NCBI GenBank assembly: GCA_040389905.1
Contig: JAZJZK010000023.1
Span: 32,001-96,000 of the forward strand
From: Gemmatimonadota bacterium
GTDB lineage: Bacteria > Gemmatimonadota > Gemmatimonadetes > Gemmatimonadales > Gemmatimonadaceae
Length of the DNA stretch: 64,000 nt
Direction of reading: 5' to 3'
A program made the position numbers and the translations under genes. Shown here piece after piece: positions 63,538 through 64,000 of this stretch; positions within the stretch are counted from its first letter, which is position 1; each line of letters begins with the position of its first letter. The notes under the pieces are model-generated. The model did no database searches, was not told the origin of the DNA, and saw nothing but the letters and a program-made list of their open reading frames with translations.

Positions 63538-64000
63538 ATGACGGCGATCGAAGAGGTAACTCCCCATCGTGACGATGGTTGGCGCAGGGCACGCGTCGCC
63601 CCAAGCCTGGCTGAGGTCTACCGAAGCGTACCCACCGCCGGACGCACGAAGTGGCGGAAGATGCTCGCCTTCGCCGGCCCGGGATATCTTGTGGCTGTCG
63701 GCTACATGGACCCGGGCAACTGGGCAACCGACCTCGCAGGCGGCTCTCGGTTTGGATACGCGCTCCTCAGCGTCATCCTCATCTCGAACCTGATGGCGGT
63801 TCTGCTGCAAGGCCTCGCCTCGAAGCTCGGAATTGTCACGGGGCGCGATCTCGCACAGGCCTGCCGAGACGAGTACAGCAAGCCCGTCGTCTGGGCACTC
63901 TGGTTCCTCTGCGAAATCGCCATTGCGGCGTGTGACCTCGCCGAAGTGATTGGCTCCGCGATCGCACTCAATCTTCTGTTTGGCATCAAGCTGCCCGTCG
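63538..64000 (+). CDS. mntH: Nramp family Mn2+/Fe2+ transporter, 3' end runs off the window (alternative GTG start at 63511)
   Basis: Manual translation ...[34 protein letters not shown]...[10 protein letters not shown]...[19 protein letters not shown], containing the Nramp DPGN motif. Confidence 0.95.
   Translation, partial: MTAIEEVTPHRDDGWRRARVAPSLAEVYRSVPTAGRTKWRKMLAFAGPGYLVAVGYMDPGNWATDLAGGSRFGYALLSVILISNLMAVLLQGLASKLGIVTGRDLAQACRDEYSKPVVWALWFLCEIAIAACDLAEVIGSAIALNLLFGIKLPV

Noticed and set aside
1..64000. tRNA, rRNA, integrase, transposase or prophage genes
   Set aside because: None recognised by eye. tRNAscan-SE, Infernal and ISEScan were not run.

Overview
A GC-rich (roughly 65% by eye) bacterial chromosomal segment. 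The gene repertoire (BlaI/M56 pairs, PadR, TonB/FecR/ECF modules, carboxypeptidase-regulatory-like and DUF4097 proteins) suggests Gemmatimonadota, but that is inference. I found no rRNA, tRNA, CRISPR array, transposase or integrase. In order, the window holds: a partial nicotinate phosphoribosyltransferase; an aspartate ammonia-lyase fused to an N-terminal cNMP-binding-like domain; a Tat-exported glycosylasparaginase; a chemoreceptor; leuS; ArsR/SRPBCC; a VIT1 transporter; and a PDZ protein. Next is a ~15 kb potassium island (kdpE, split kdpD, two small membrane peptides including kdpF, kdpABC, a porin, a histidine-less pseudo-kinase, a lipoprotein and two convergent kup genes). After that come PadR, a TonB-dependent receptor, csbD-like and tonB genes, a four-gene exported PQQ/cytochrome c sugar-oxidation operon, and an ECF-serine hydrolase-FecR-TBDR module. 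Two BlaI/M56 pairs follow, one with a broken M56 gene carrying an apparent internal inversion. The window ends with an apparently nuclease-less pair of an N6-adenine methyltransferase and a SNF2-like helicase, then GT2, LD-carboxypeptidase, rhodanese, Nudix, VOC/MarR and a partial mntH. Intergenic DNA is dense with several distinct palindromic repeat families, one copy of which lies in-frame inside kdpB. Many genes look leaderless, and several regulator operators are directly visible. The best candidates for novelty are the MTase+helicase pair, the cNMP-AspA fusion, the split-KdpD/pseudo-kinase K+ island and the REP-derived coding insertion. All family calls come from motif recognition by eye, not database searches.
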